Positions 42,455-52,847 of a stretch of 64,000 nt of DNA are shown in pieces (the stretch's first letter is position 1; each line of letters begins with the position of its first letter). The position numbers and the translations under genes are program-made. Under the pieces are notes generated by a model. That model made no database searches, was not told the DNA's origin, and saw nothing but the letters and a program-made list of their open reading frames with translations. Source of the DNA: an uncultured delta proteobacterium (GTDB lineage Bacteria > Desulfobacterota > Binatia > UBA9968); the NCBI GenBank assembly GCA_963745035.1, contig CAVUVW010000021.1, positions 64,001 to 128,000 of the forward strand. The letters run 5' to 3'.

Positions 42455-43459
42455 TTAATCGGCGGCGCCATAAAATGCTTCCAGCCTGGCGCGTCCATTT
42501 TGTGCGAGCATGGGCGACCACAGATCCCCGACCTTCTTTAGTCTTTGGCGCGCGTTGTCCATGCGGAAGTCTTCGATCCGAATGCCCTCGCCGAGCTCGG
42601 TCCAGGTGATCGGCACGGACACCGTGGCTTCGGGCTGCGGCCGCACCGAGTAGACCGACGCCAGGGTGCGGCCCCAGGCGTTTTGATTGTAATCCACCAG
42701 AATCCGGCGGCGCGGCCGCTTGGCGATGCGATATTCCGCCGTGATCAAATCGGGGCGGAGCGCCGCCAGACTGGTGGCAAACTGCTTGGCGAAAGTCCAG
42801 ACTTGCTTTTGCGTTGGACCGCGCACGATCGGCACGTAAACGTGAAAACCGCGCGAGCCAGTCGTCTTGATATAGGCCGGCAGCTTGAGCGTGGTCAAAG
42901 ATTCATGGACGAGATCGGCGGCTTCGACCATCTGCGTCCAGCTCGCGCCGTTGACCGGATCGAGGTCGAAATGCAGGTAGTCGGGCCTGTCGACGTCGTC
43001 GCAGCGGGCATACCACGGATTGAGATCGATGCAGCCGAGATTGATCACCCAAAGCAGCGCGGCGAGATCGCCGATGACGGGGAAGTCGATGACGCTGCCC
43101 GACGAGTGCTCGATCGCGCAGGTCTCGATCCAGGCGGGCCGCGGTGTCGGCGCGCGCTTCATGAAAAAGAAATCGCCGGCGATGCCGTTCGGATAGCGCT
43201 TCATCACCATCGCGCGGCCGGCCAAATGGGGCAGAAGAATCGGCGCGATGTCACTATAAAATTGCAGCAAGTCGCGTTTGGCGATCTTGCGCTCCGGCCA
43301 AAAAAGCTTGCGCAGATTGGTGAGACGCACAATCTTGCCGCCGGCGTCAAAGTCGACGGCATTTTGAGAGGGCGAAAGAGGCGCGGCGCCGCGCTTCGAT
43401 TTGCCGCGCTTGTGAAGGTGCGTTCTCTTTGCGCGCTGGGTTTTTGCTTGGCTGGCCAT
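42455..43459 (-). CDS. ligD: Stand-alone LigD-type polymerase (AEP primase-polymerase domain)
   Basis: LTNLRK, RYPNG, FFMK, FDLDP, KTTGSRGFHV, VDYNQN, YSVR, VSVP; no ligase or phosphoesterase domain. Confidence 0.9.
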   Translation of the reverse strand: MASQAKTQRAKRTHLHKRGKSKRGAAPLSPSQNAVDFDAGGKIVRLTNLRKLFWPERKIAKRDLLQFYSDIAPILLPHLAGRAMVMKRYPNGIAGDFFFMKRAPTPRPAWIETCAIEHSSGSVIDFPVIGDLAALLWVINLGCIDLNPWYARCDDVDRPDYLHFDLDPVNGASWTQMVEAADLVHESLTTLKLPAYIKTTGSRGFHVYVPIVRGPTQKQVWTFAKQFATSLAALRPDLITAEYRIAKRPRRRILVDYNQNAWGRTLASVYSVRPQPEATVSVPITWTELGEGIRIEDFRMDNARQRLKKVGDLWSPMLAQNGRARLEAFYGAAD

Positions 43460-43545
43460 GGCTCCGAGTCCGCGCGGCGATCTGCCGCCTGCCGCTTCAT
43501 TTCAGACTAACGGCTCTGGAGGCCGTTTCAAGGCGGAAACAGAGG

Positions 43546-44361
43546 CTATTTGCCGAAATACAGTTTGCGCGCAGTGCGGAGGTGGGTGAAGGCGTCTTTC
43601 TTTTTGCCCAAAGCTTCGAGCAACAACCCGAGATTGTAATGGGCGTCGGCGAACTGCGGATCGCGGTTGAGAGCCTGCTGGTAAAGCAGAGCGGCTTTGC
43701 GCGGCTGCTGCAAATCTTCGAGCAGCACCCCCAGATTGAAGTAAGGCTCCGCGCTGTCTGGCGCGTGCTCGATGGCCGCCCGATAATGCGGCTCGGATTC
43801 CTTGAACATGCCGGCGTCATGATAGAGCTTGCCGAGATTAAGGTGCGCATCGCTCATGGTGGGATCGAGCTCGATTGCGCGCACGTAGGCTTGCCGCGCT
43901 TCCTCCGTCGAGGTCTTCTCCACTTCCATGCCGAGTTGAAACCAGTAGCGTGCATTGCGATTGCTCGTCGCGGGCGCGGTTTCGGGCATCTTCAACGTGC
44001 GCATGACGTTGCGCACGTCGAAATTAAACAGAAACTGGCCGGAGTCGGGCTGCCATTGCGCCTTGCCGTCCCACACGACGACGCGGCGCCCGTCGGCGTA
44101 GATCTTCACGCTCGAAAAATGGCGCTCGTCGGGAAGTTGTCGCTTCAAGGAACTTAGAATCCGGAGAATTCGTTTTGCCGGAACCCGGGAGTCGAGCAGA
44201 CCTTTGGCGGTCTTCAAGAAAAGCAGATCGCGGAAAGTAAACTGAAAAGCGCCGGCTTGGTCGCGCGCCGGCGCGAGAAATCCGGCGCGCACGAAGGAAA
44301 GGATGCGGCTGTGCGGCAGATTTACGATCTTCACCACCTCGGGAGTGGAGAAGAGTTTCAT
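43546..44361 (-). CDS. MerR-like HTH plus TPR protein
   Basis: FSTPEVVKI...FTFRDL HTH-like N-terminus; DSGQFLFNF; TPRs AHLNLG, PYFNLG, AHYNLG. Confidence 0.85.
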   Translation of the reverse strand: MKLFSTPEVVKIVNLPHSRILSFVRAGFLAPARDQAGAFQFTFRDLLFLKTAKGLLDSRVPAKRILRILSSLKRQLPDERHFSSVKIYADGRRVVVWDGKAQWQPDSGQFLFNFDVRNVMRTLKMPETAPATSNRNARYWFQLGMEVEKTSTEEARQAYVRAIELDPTMSDAHLNLGKLYHDAGMFKESEPHYRAAIEHAPDSAEPYFNLGVLLEDLQQPRKAALLYQQALNRDPQFADAHYNLGLLLEALGKKKDAFTHLRTARKLYFGK

Positions 44362-45216
44362 TTTTTGGACGACGAAGCTCTTTTTCGCGGCTTCTCGGTC
44401 TCGACCTCCTTGGCACGAACCGCGGGCTTTTTCTCGCGCTGCGCTTGCCGGTCCAGACTTCCTTTGAGCGCCGCCATAAGATCGATCACCTGTCCGCGCT
44501 GCGGCTGCGGCTGGGTCAGCGTGATCTCCTGCCCTTCGGCCTTTTGGTGGACCAGGTTCAGCACGCGCTGAGCATATTCGTCCTCATATTTCTGCGGCTC
44601 GAAATCATCGTTGGAGAGCTCGTCGATCAGGCGAATCGCGAGCTGCGTTTCCGCGCCGCTGATTTTCGCAGATTCTCCTTTGGGAATCTCGCTGAAATCT
44701 GCGCACCTCGTCGGCGAAATACATGGTGTGCATCATCAGGCCGTTCTGCGCCGACCGGACGATCACCAGATTTTCTTTGCCGCGCATGACGAACTTGGCG
44801 AGGGCGACTTTGCCGACTTGGCTCATGGTGTCCGCAAGCAAGCGATACGCCTTCTCGCCGCCTTTGTCGGGGCCGAGATAATAGCTTCTTTCAAAGTAGA
44901 GCGGGTCCACCTTGGCGAGCGGCACGAATTCGGAGATCTCGATGGCCTCGGAAGCTTCGCCTTCGAGCGCTTTGAGCTCGTCGTCGGTGACTCTCACGTA
45001 TTGGTCCTTGACCACTTCGTATCCCCTGATCAAATCCTCGCGCTCCACCACTTTGTCGCACACGGGGCAAAAGCGCTGCTGGCGGATGCGGTTGCCGCAT
45101 TGCGCATGAAGCAGATTGAAGCTCGGAGCCTCAGACGAAGCCGCGAGATACAGCTTTACCGGGATGGAAACCAAGCCAAATGAAATCGCACCGGAACCGA
45201 TCGAACGTGGGGGCAT
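44358..45216 (-). CDS. ku: NHEJ DNA end-binding protein Ku, frameshifted near 44700
   Basis: GAISFGLVSIPVKLY, RIRQQRFC, GYE, YFERSYYL, YRLL; C-terminal VIDLMAALKGSL and basic tail. Confidence 0.95.
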
Positions 45217-45472
45217 GGAAGCATCCTCCTCGGGCGTAAGCCTAGCAAATGGCCTTTTGCCAGTCTACAGGTTTTCTCGTCGCGAAACTTAGGCCCTGAC
45301 GACCAGTTCGGTGGACGGGACGGCCGAGCGCATGCTATAGCAGTACGAATCCGCCGCTTTTCAGCAACCGTGACGCGGCGCCGCCTTCGCCCACTCGGAG
45401 TTTTCTCTGTCACCGCCTGAGGCACAAAAAGAACCGGCCGAAGCGCCGTCCGACGACGGCGTCTCGGGAAAA

Positions 45473-46735
45473 TTGCCGCTTTCGAGAAAATCACTCCTGC
45501 ACGGTTTGCTACGTGGGCGCGCGCTTGAAGCGCTGCGCTACCGCGAGTTCCGTTTGCTGTGGTACGGCCAGGTGTTCACTTCGATGGCGACCTGGATGGA
45601 TTCCATCGCGCGCGGCTGGCTCATCTACGAGCTGACCAATTCCTCTTTTCAGCTCGGGCTCGTGCGCGGCGTGCAGGCGATTCCGACGTTGCTGTTATCG
45701 CCCATCGCCGGCAGCGCCGCCGATCTCTACTCGCGCAAAACGCAGGTGCTGATCGCGCAGATCGTCGACGGCTTGCTCTACGCCTGGGTGGCCGTGATGA
45801 TCATCACCGGCGACATTCAACCGTGGCACGTCTATGCCACGTCGCTCGGGCTCGCGACGGTGCAAGCGTTTCAGCTGCCTTCAAGATCTTCCATGGTTTC
45901 CGACTCGGTGCCGGCAAATTGCCTGACCAACGCCATGGGACTGAATGCCGTCGTGTTCAACTCGGCGCGCAGCGCAGGACCGGCGCTTGCCGGCGTGCTG
46001 ATTGCGCTTTACGGCACCGCGGGATCGTACTCCGTCCAGGCGCTGTTCTATCTGCTGGCGACGGTTTGGACGATCATGCTGCGCCCTGAGCAGCGCGCGG
46101 CGCGGACGGGAAAGAGCGGCTCCGGACACGGTGAATCATTTGGCCAGAGCATTCTCGAAGGTTGGAAGTTCAGCTGGCGCAACTACGAGGTGCGCGTCGG
46201 CCTTCTCGTCGTATCCGCCGCGATGTTTCTGCTGATTCCTTTTACAACGCTGCTGCCGGTGTTCGCGCGCGATATTCTTCAGGTCGGCGCCCGCGGCCAG
46301 GGGATCTTGCTCACCTGCATGGGGGTCGGGGCCTTGTTCAGCTCGGTGCTGGTCGCGTTCCTCGGCGATCGCATGCCGCGCGGCCTGGTGATGATCGGCG
46401 GCGTTGCGCTCTACGGCGTGTTGTTGGTGATCTTCTCGGTTTCTTCTTCGTTCGTCCTGTCGATGGCGCTGATGTTCCTGATCGGGCTTTGCCATGTGAC
46501 CTCCCACGCGTTGATTCAGATCGTTGTCCAATCCTATTCTCCGTCGGAGTTTCGCGGTCGGACCATGGCAATTTTTCACATGACGCAAGTCATTCTCGTC
46601 GTCGGCGCGATGTTCATCGGCGGACTGGCGGCACTGATTGGGGCGCGCTGGGCGACCAGCGTCATGAGCGTCGTCGGCACGCTCGCGATGGTGCTCATCT
46701 TCACTCTCATGCCGCGGGCGCGGCGGATACAGTAG
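45473..46735 (+). CDS. MFS transporter (MFS_3/EntS-like), paralogue 1
   Basis: ALRYREFRLLW, WLIYELT, GPALAG, LLPVFARDIL, FRGR. Confidence 0.92.
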   Translation: MPLSRKSLLHGLLRGRALEALRYREFRLLWYGQVFTSMATWMDSIARGWLIYELTNSSFQLGLVRGVQAIPTLLLSPIAGSAADLYSRKTQVLIAQIVDGLLYAWVAVMIITGDIQPWHVYATSLGLATVQAFQLPSRSSMVSDSVPANCLTNAMGLNAVVFNSARSAGPALAGVLIALYGTAGSYSVQALFYLLATVWTIMLRPEQRAARTGKSGSGHGESFGQSILEGWKFSWRNYEVRVGLLVVSAAMFLLIPFTTLLPVFARDILQVGARGQGILLTCMGVGALFSSVLVAFLGDRMPRGLVMIGGVALYGVLLVIFSVSSSFVLSMALMFLIGLCHVTSHALIQIVVQSYSPSEFRGRTMAIFHMTQVILVVGAMFIGGLAALIGARWATSVMSVVGTLAMVLIFTLMPRARRIQ

Positions 46736-46860
46736 AGAATGGGTCGAGGATGGAGGATCGAAGATCGAGGGTAGACGGAGTCGAGGATAGAGGATGGCGA
46801 AACGAGTTAGAACAGTCCATCGTCTCGCCATCCTCCATCCTCCATCCTCGACCATTCTCT
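46734..46860. repeat. Heptamer (GAGGATG/C/A) palindromic repeat element
   Basis: AGAGAATGGGTCGAGGATGGAGGAT... at the left end pairs with ...ATCCTCCATCCTCGACCATTCTCT at the right end. Confidence 0.85.
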
Positions 46861-47089
46861 CGCCGCGCACGACGCCGCCCGCTGGAAGATTTGCCGCTCG
46901 CATGATATAGCTTGAGTACACCTTTAACGCCCCGGGCTTTGGGTCAGCGAGCAGACTCGGATCCTTCGGCCGGAATCGGAGTCTGTTCTGTCGCCGTCCT
47001 CTATAGAGCAAGAGAAAACCGCCGCGCCAAAAATCGAAACTGTCGAGAGAAAGCCGGACGAGCATTTTTGGTTTCCGCTTGCGCTGATC

Positions 47090-48317
47090 GTGCGCCTGCG
47101 CGCTTTCGAATCGCTGCGCTTCCGCGACTATCGGCTGCTCTGGTACAGCCAGGTTTTCGCCTCGCTCGGCGTCTGGATGGATCAGGTGACGCGCGGCTGG
47201 CTGATCTACGAGCTGACCGATTCGGCGCTGCAACTGGGCCTGGTGCGCGGCATTCAGGCGGTACCGTTTCTGCTTTTGTCGCCAATCGCCGGCAGTGTCG
47301 CCGACCGCTACCCGCGCAAGTTTCTCGTCGTCACGGCGCAGTTCGCCAACGGCTTCATTTTCACGGCCACCGCGGCGTTGATTCTCTTTGGTCTCATTCA
47401 GCCGTGGCATGTCTATCTGACGGCTGTGCTCATGGCCTGTGTGCAGGTATTTCTCCAGCCCGCCCGGGCCGCCATGATCTCGGATACCGTGCCGCCGGAT
47501 AGATCTAACCAACGCCATTGGTCTCAACGCGGTGGTTTTCAACATGGCGCGCAGCACCGGACCGGCATTGGCGGGCGCGTTGATCTCGTTATTCAATACC
47601 GGGGTTGCATACGGCGTCCAAGGCTTGTTTTTTTTGCTGGCCACTCTCTGGACCATGCGAATGCGATCCGGACGGCGCGCCGCGGCGGCGAGATTGGGCC
47701 ACGGCGGCGCGGGCGAGTCTTTCGCTCGGAGCATCGTGACGGGATGGCAATTTTCGTGGCGCAAGGAGGAGGTGCGCAGCAGCCTCTTGATCGTCATCGT
47801 CGCGTCCCTGTTCATGGTGCCGTTCTCGACTTTATTGCCGATCTTTGCGCGCGACATTCTTCAAGTCGGCGCGCAAGGACAGGGCCTGCTTTTGACTTCG
47901 ATGGGCGTCGGCGCGTTCGGCAGCGCGATGATCATCGCCACCTTCGGCGACCGCATGCCGCGCGGGATCATGATGTTCGTGGGCGTGGTGCTTTACGGCG
48001 TCCTCGTGGCGCTGTTCGCGGCATCGCCATGGTTCGCGCTGTCGATGGTGCTGATGGCGGCGATCGGCCTCTGTCACGTCAGCTCTCACGCGCTGGTGCA
48101 AACCGTCATCCAGAGCTACTCGCCGCCGGAGTTTCGCGGCCGTGCGATCGCGATTTTTCATATGAATCAGGTCTTGCTGCTGCTCGGCGGCATGGTGATC
48201 GGAGCGTTGTCGGCGGCAATCGGCGCGCCGTGGGCGGCGGCCGCGCTGAGCATCGTGGGTACGCTCTGCATGGTTGCGCTCTACGTCTTCGATCCGGGCG
48301 CGCGGACCATACGTTGA
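47090..48317 (+). CDS. MFS transporter, paralogue 2, frameshift near 47500
   Basis: ORFs 47090.. and 47532..48317 together align by eye with paralogue 1. Confidence 0.88.
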
Positions 48318-48323
48318 GGGAGC

Positions 48324-48355
48324 GGAGTGCTGGAGTAATGGAGTGTTGGAGTGGT
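48324..48355. repeat. Octamer tandem repeat GGAGTRNT x4
   Basis: GGAGTGCT GGAGTAAT GGAGTGTT GGAGTGGT. Confidence 0.8.
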
Positions 48356-48461
48356 GGTGACCGACGGGTTGAATCTCCGAGGGAAGATTCGTTTGACACA
48401 TCTTGAAGGTTGGGCCGAGAATGCGGGAGATTATGCGAACGATTAGGACTCGCAGGGGAGG

Positions 48462-49478
48462 ATGCCCGTTATGATCGGTTGTCGATCCAGCCTGCGCTGG
48501 TGCGGCGCTACGTTTCTCGGCTGTCTGCTGTTCTCCGCCGGATCGGGCGAAGCCGCGCAGCCGCTGCAGAAAGTCGTCTTCGTCTTCGCCGGCTTCAACG
48601 AGCGCACAGGATTTATCTTTGTGGCCAAAGACCGAAAGTTTTTCGAAGAGCAAGGTCTGGATGCGCAGATCGTGCAGGTGCGCACCGGACAAGTCGCGGT
48701 TTCGGCCCTGGCGGCCAACGAGGCGCAGTTCTATTCGGTCTCGGCGACCGGCGCAAGCCTCGGCGCCATGGCGGCGGGACTCGATCTCGCCTTCATCGCC
48801 GGCATCGTGAACAAACTGGACGGTGATTTTGTCGTGGCGCCGAAAATCGCTTCCCCCGCGGACCTAAAAGGGAAGTCCCTCGGCATTCAAAGCATCGGCG
48901 GCGGCGTGTGGACCTTCACCATGCTTGCCCTCGACTACTGGGGCTTGGTGCCGGAGCGCGACAAGATTCAAATGCGCATCGTCGGCGATCAAGCGGTGCT
49001 TACCCAAGGATTGATCAGCGGCGTCGTCGATGCCGCTTACCTCGGCTATACGTTCAGCAAAGTGGCGCAGCGCAGCGGATTTCGCGTCCTGCAAGATCTT
49101 GCCAAAGTCGATATTCCGTTTCAGGGCGTCGGCATCGTCGCGCGCAAGAGCTTTCTCGACCAGTCGCCGGATGTCGCGGAGCGCTCGCTCAGAGCCATCG
49201 CCAAAGCGATCGCCTACATTCAAGATCCGGCCAACCAGCAGAGCACGGTCAATATTCTGATGAAATGGCTGCGGCTGCCGCAGGTCGAGGATGCGGTTGC
49301 CGGCCACGAAGCGATACGGTCGCTCTATAGTCGCCGCATATTTCCCACCGTCGAGGGAGTGCGCAACACGGTGAGAATCTTGAGCCGCATCGATCCCAAG
49401 TTCGGCAGGCTCAAGGCCGAAGATCTGGTCGATGAACGGATCGTACGAAAGCTGGAGAAGGAAGGCGTGTTCAAATAG
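48462..49478 (+). CDS. SsuA/NMT1-like ABC substrate-binding protein
   Basis: Signal peptide, FFEEQGLD, DLKGKSLGI, DLVDERIVRKLEKEG. Confidence 0.88.
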   Translation: MPVMIGCRSSLRWCGATFLGCLLFSAGSGEAAQPLQKVVFVFAGFNERTGFIFVAKDRKFFEEQGLDAQIVQVRTGQVAVSALAANEAQFYSVSATGASLGAMAAGLDLAFIAGIVNKLDGDFVVAPKIASPADLKGKSLGIQSIGGGVWTFTMLALDYWGLVPERDKIQMRIVGDQAVLTQGLISGVVDAAYLGYTFSKVAQRSGFRVLQDLAKVDIPFQGVGIVARKSFLDQSPDVAERSLRAIAKAIAYIQDPANQQSTVNILMKWLRLPQVEDAVAGHEAIRSLYSRRIFPTVEGVRNTVRILSRIDPKFGRLKAEDLVDERIVRKLEKEGVFK

Positions 49479-49668
49479 GCGTTTTCACGAGCCCATCTTT
49501 TCTCCATCTGAGCCGATCTCGAAACACGCCGTTCCAGGCGTGGCAAGGCGTTGAAAGTTCATTCATGCCTCGGAGTTACTGCTGAAATCGTCTAAAGACA
49601 GCGGCGGAGACGAAGCGCTGGACGGTGATCGACCCTCCTCGTCGAGTGCTTGGCAGCCGTTTGCCGCT

Positions 49669-50890
49669 TTGCTGCGCCTGCGCGCGCTGGCGTCACTCAA
49701 ATATCGTGACTATCGGCTGCTCTGGTTCGGCCATATCTTTACGTCGATGGCATTCTGGATGGACCAGGTGTCGCGCGGTTGGCTGATCTACGAGCTGACG
49801 GATTCCACGGTGCAGCTTGGGCTGGTGCGCGGCGTTCAGGCTATTCCGATTCTCTTGCTCTCGCCGATCGCCGGCAGCGCCGCCGACCGCTACTCGCGCA
49901 AGACGCAGATCCTGATCGCCCAGGTCATCGACGGCGCGATGTTCGGCGATCCTCGCGATCCTCATTTTCCTCGGCGAAATTCAGCCCTGGCACGTGTACG
50001 TGACGGCGTTCGCAATGGCTTGTGTGCAGACCTTTCAGCAACCGGCGCGGGCCGCGATCATCGGCGATGTGGTGCCGACCGAGGGGCTCACCAATGCCAT
50101 CGGGCTCAACTCGATCATCTTCAATGTCGCCAGAAGCACCGGGCCGGCGCTCGCCGGCGTGCTGATCGTCGCGGTGGGCACCGGCGGCGCCTTCGCCACC
50201 CAGGCGGCTTTTTATTTTCTTGCGACCTACTGGACGTTGCGCTTACGCGCGGCGACTTCGGGAGCCGGCGGCCGCCACGGCCACAACGATTCCTTTGCCA
50301 AGAGCATCGTCGAAGGTTGGAAGTTCAGCTGGCGCAACCTCGAGGTGCGCACGGCGCTCCTCGTGGTGATGTTCGCGTCGCTGTTGATCGTGCCGTTCAC
50401 GACGCTTCTGCCGGTGTTCGCCCGCGATATTCTCGGCGTCGGCGCCTCCGGCCAGGGATTCCTGCTCACCGCCATGGGCATCGGCGCTCTCGGCAGCGCG
50501 ATGATGATCGCCGCCTCCGGCGACCGCATGCCGCGAGGGCTGTTCATGCTCGGCGGGGTCGGGCTGTACGGCGCCGGCGTCGTCGCCTTCGCCGCGTCGC
50601 CCTGGTTTCATTTGTCCATCGCGCTGATGGTCATCGTCGGCTTCGCCAACGTCTGCTCGCACGCGCTGGTGCAGACCGTGATCCAGTCTTATGCGCCGGC
50701 GGAGTTTCGCGGCCGCGCCATCGCGCTGTTCCACATGAGCCAGGTGGTGATGACATTGGGCAGCATGGCGATCGGATCGCTCGCGGCGGTGACCGGCACC
50801 CAGTGGGCGGTGGTGTTGATGTCGACGGCAGGCATGCTGGCGATGCTCGCGATTCATATCGCGCTCCCGCAAGCATGGCGCATTCGGTAG
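49669..50890 (+). CDS. MFS transporter, paralogue 3, frameshift near 49945
   Basis: ORFs 49669.. and 49994..50890 together match paralogues 1 and 2. Confidence 0.88.
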
Positions 50891-50915
50891 GGACGGGTTT
50901 GAAACCCGTTCCTAC
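50887..50915. repeat. GTAG-family REP, type B
   Basis: GTAGGGACGGGTTTGAAACCCGTTCCTAC. Confidence 0.88.
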
Positions 50916-50975
50916 ATTGGGATCGTTACGATGTCCCGAAAACAACCACGTTATTCTCGGTGGCATCGATGATGT

Positions 50976-51003
50976 GTAGAGGCGACCGGCCGGTCGCCCC
51001 TAC
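50976..51003. repeat. GTAG-family REP, type A
   Basis: GTAGAGGCGACCGGCCGGTCGCCCCTAC. Confidence 0.88.
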
Positions 51004-51073
51004 GGATTCGTCCCCGTCTGTAGCGCGGATGACTGTTTGAAAATTTGCGGTCATGCGCCTATACAGCGGGGCG

Positions 51074-51646
51074 ATGAACCCTGATGTGGAAAGGCACCGG
51101 CGCCGCTCGATCAGACTGCGTGAATACGATTACAGGCAGGCGGGAGCGTATTTCATTACGGTGGTGACACATGGGCGGGCTGCCTTGTTCGGCGAGATAG
51201 CAAACGGTGAAACGCGGTTGAATGAATTCGGACAAGTCATAGAGGACGAATGGCAGAAATCCTCCATCATACGGCAGGAGATTGAAATGGATGTGTTCGT
51301 GGTCATGCCCAATCACATTCACGGCATTATGAACATTATCAACATGGATGTAGGGGCGACCGGCCGGTCGCCCCTACGCGGCGGACCGCCCGCGCGTTCA
51401 CTGGGTGCCTTTGTTGCTGGTTTCAAATCCGCTGTGACCAAACGGATTAATGAAATGCGCCACACACCCGGCAGCCCGGTTTGGCAGCGCAATTATTATG
51501 AACATGTGGTTCGCGACGATGAAGAATTGCTGCGCGTCCGTGAATATATTCTCCACAATCCTCTAGATTGGGAAAACGACCGGGAAAATCCGTCGCGCCC
51601 TGCGGATTTGAAATCCGCCCGAACGCCCGAACCCTGGCATGTGTAG
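51074..51646 (+). mobile_element. REP-associated tyrosine transposase (RAYT, HUH Y1 family)
   Basis: RRSIRLREYDY, YFIT, VMPNHIHGI (HUH), WQRNYYEHVVR, YILHNP; flanked by REPs. Confidence 0.93.
51350..51377. repeat. GTAG-family REP, type A, inside the RAYT coding sequence
   Basis: Perfect palindrome GTAGGGGCGACCGGCCGGTCGCCCCTAC encoding VGATGRSPL. Confidence 0.9.
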
Positions 51647-51671
51647 GGACAGGTTTGAGACCTGCCCCTAC
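51643..51671. repeat. GTAG-family REP, type B
   Basis: GTAGGGACAGGTTTGAGACCTGCCCCTAC. Confidence 0.88.
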
Positions 51672-51687
51672 ATTTTGAGATCTGCAA

Positions 51688-52692
51688 ATGGCAATGGAAA
51701 CCGTTGAAACCGCGTTGCAACCTGACCTCCCGATCTGCGACGCGCACCATCATCTGTGGGAGCGGCCGCCTAACCGTTATCTGCTCGATGATTTTGTCAT
51801 AGACCTCGGCGCCGGACATAACATCGGGTCGACCGTCGCCGTCGAATGCGGCTACGGTTATCGCCCCGATGGCCCGGATCATTTGAAGCCGGTAGGGGAA
51901 ACGGAATTTCTCGAGCGCGCTGCTACCGAGGCCGCTACGGATTCGAAACTGACCACGCGCATCGCAGCGGCCATCGTCGGATTCGCCGATCTGTGCTTGG
52001 GCGACGGCGTTGCTCCGGTGCTGGAAGCGCACCTAGCCACAAGCCCGAGCCGCTTCCGCGGCATTCGCCACTCGACGACCTGGGACGGAAGCGGCGCCTT
52101 GCGCAACGAAGCGCCGCCCGGCCTGCTGGGAGATGAGAAATTCCGCTCTGGGTTCGACTGGCTCGGCAAATTCGGACTCAGCTTCGACGCCTGGGTGTAT
52201 CATCCGCAGCTCGATGAAGTCGCCGCGCTGGCGCGCGCCTTTCCCGACGTGACCATCGTGCTCAATCATCTCGGCGCGCCGTTAGGCGTGGGACCATACG
52301 CGGGCAAGAGCGATGAGGTGTTTCAAGCATGGCGCCGGGGCATCGCGGCCGTTGCCGCCTGTTCGAACGTGGTGGTCAAGCTCGGCGGCGGCGGCTCCGC
52401 GCGCTCAGGCTACGATTGGCATCAGCGCTCCGTGAAACCTTCGTCGGAAGAAATCGCGCAGATCTTGCGACCTTATGTCGCATGGTGCATCGAGAAATTC
52501 GGCGCCGAGCGCTGCATGTTCGAGAGCAACTTTCCGGTGGAAAAGGCGGCCAATTCCTATGTCGTGATCTGGAACGCGTTCAAGAGGATGACGAAACACT
52601 TTTCGTCAGCCGAGCGCGCCGCGTTGTTCCATGACACTGCATGCCGCGTGTATCGGATCCCTATGCGCTCAGTGCAGGCGAACGGATCGTAG
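51688..52692 (+). CDS. Amidohydrolase_2 family protein (lactonase-like)
   Basis: ICDAHHHLW, FRGIRH, LSFDAW, VLNHLG, MFESNFP. Confidence 0.9.
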   Translation: MAMETVETALQPDLPICDAHHHLWERPPNRYLLDDFVIDLGAGHNIGSTVAVECGYGYRPDGPDHLKPVGETEFLERAATEAATDSKLTTRIAAAIVGFADLCLGDGVAPVLEAHLATSPSRFRGIRHSTTWDGSGALRNEAPPGLLGDEKFRSGFDWLGKFGLSFDAWVYHPQLDEVAALARAFPDVTIVLNHLGAPLGVGPYAGKSDEVFQAWRRGIAAVAACSNVVVKLGGGGSARSGYDWHQRSVKPSSEEIAQILRPYVAWCIEKFGAERCMFESNFPVEKAANSYVVIWNAFKRMTKHFSSAERAALFHDTACRVYRIPMRSVQANGS

Positions 52693-52777
52693 GGGCGACC
52701 GGCCGGTCGCCCCTACGTCGGAATCACCGCCACGTCGCGGATGGGTTTGTAGGGCCGGGTTTCAAACCCGCCTAGAC
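52689..52777. repeat. REP pair (type A 52689-52716, type B 52749-52777)
   Basis: GTAGGGGCGACCGGCCGGTCGCCCCTAC and GTAGGGCCGGGTTTCAAACCCGCCTAGAC. Confidence 0.88.
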
Positions 52778-52847
52778 GAAGCACCGTGCGGACGTGCTGA
52801 TCGAAGAATCTGTTTCTGCGGAAAAGATTAGACCGAGCGGATTTCGC

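Noticed and set aside
42455-45216. Prophage or plasmid primase module
   Set aside because: The motifs and the link to ku identify a LigD-type polymerase; no phage or replication genes are nearby
50887-52777. CRISPR array
   Set aside because: The 28-29 bp palindromes are irregularly spaced, of two types, next to a RAYT, and there are no cas genes
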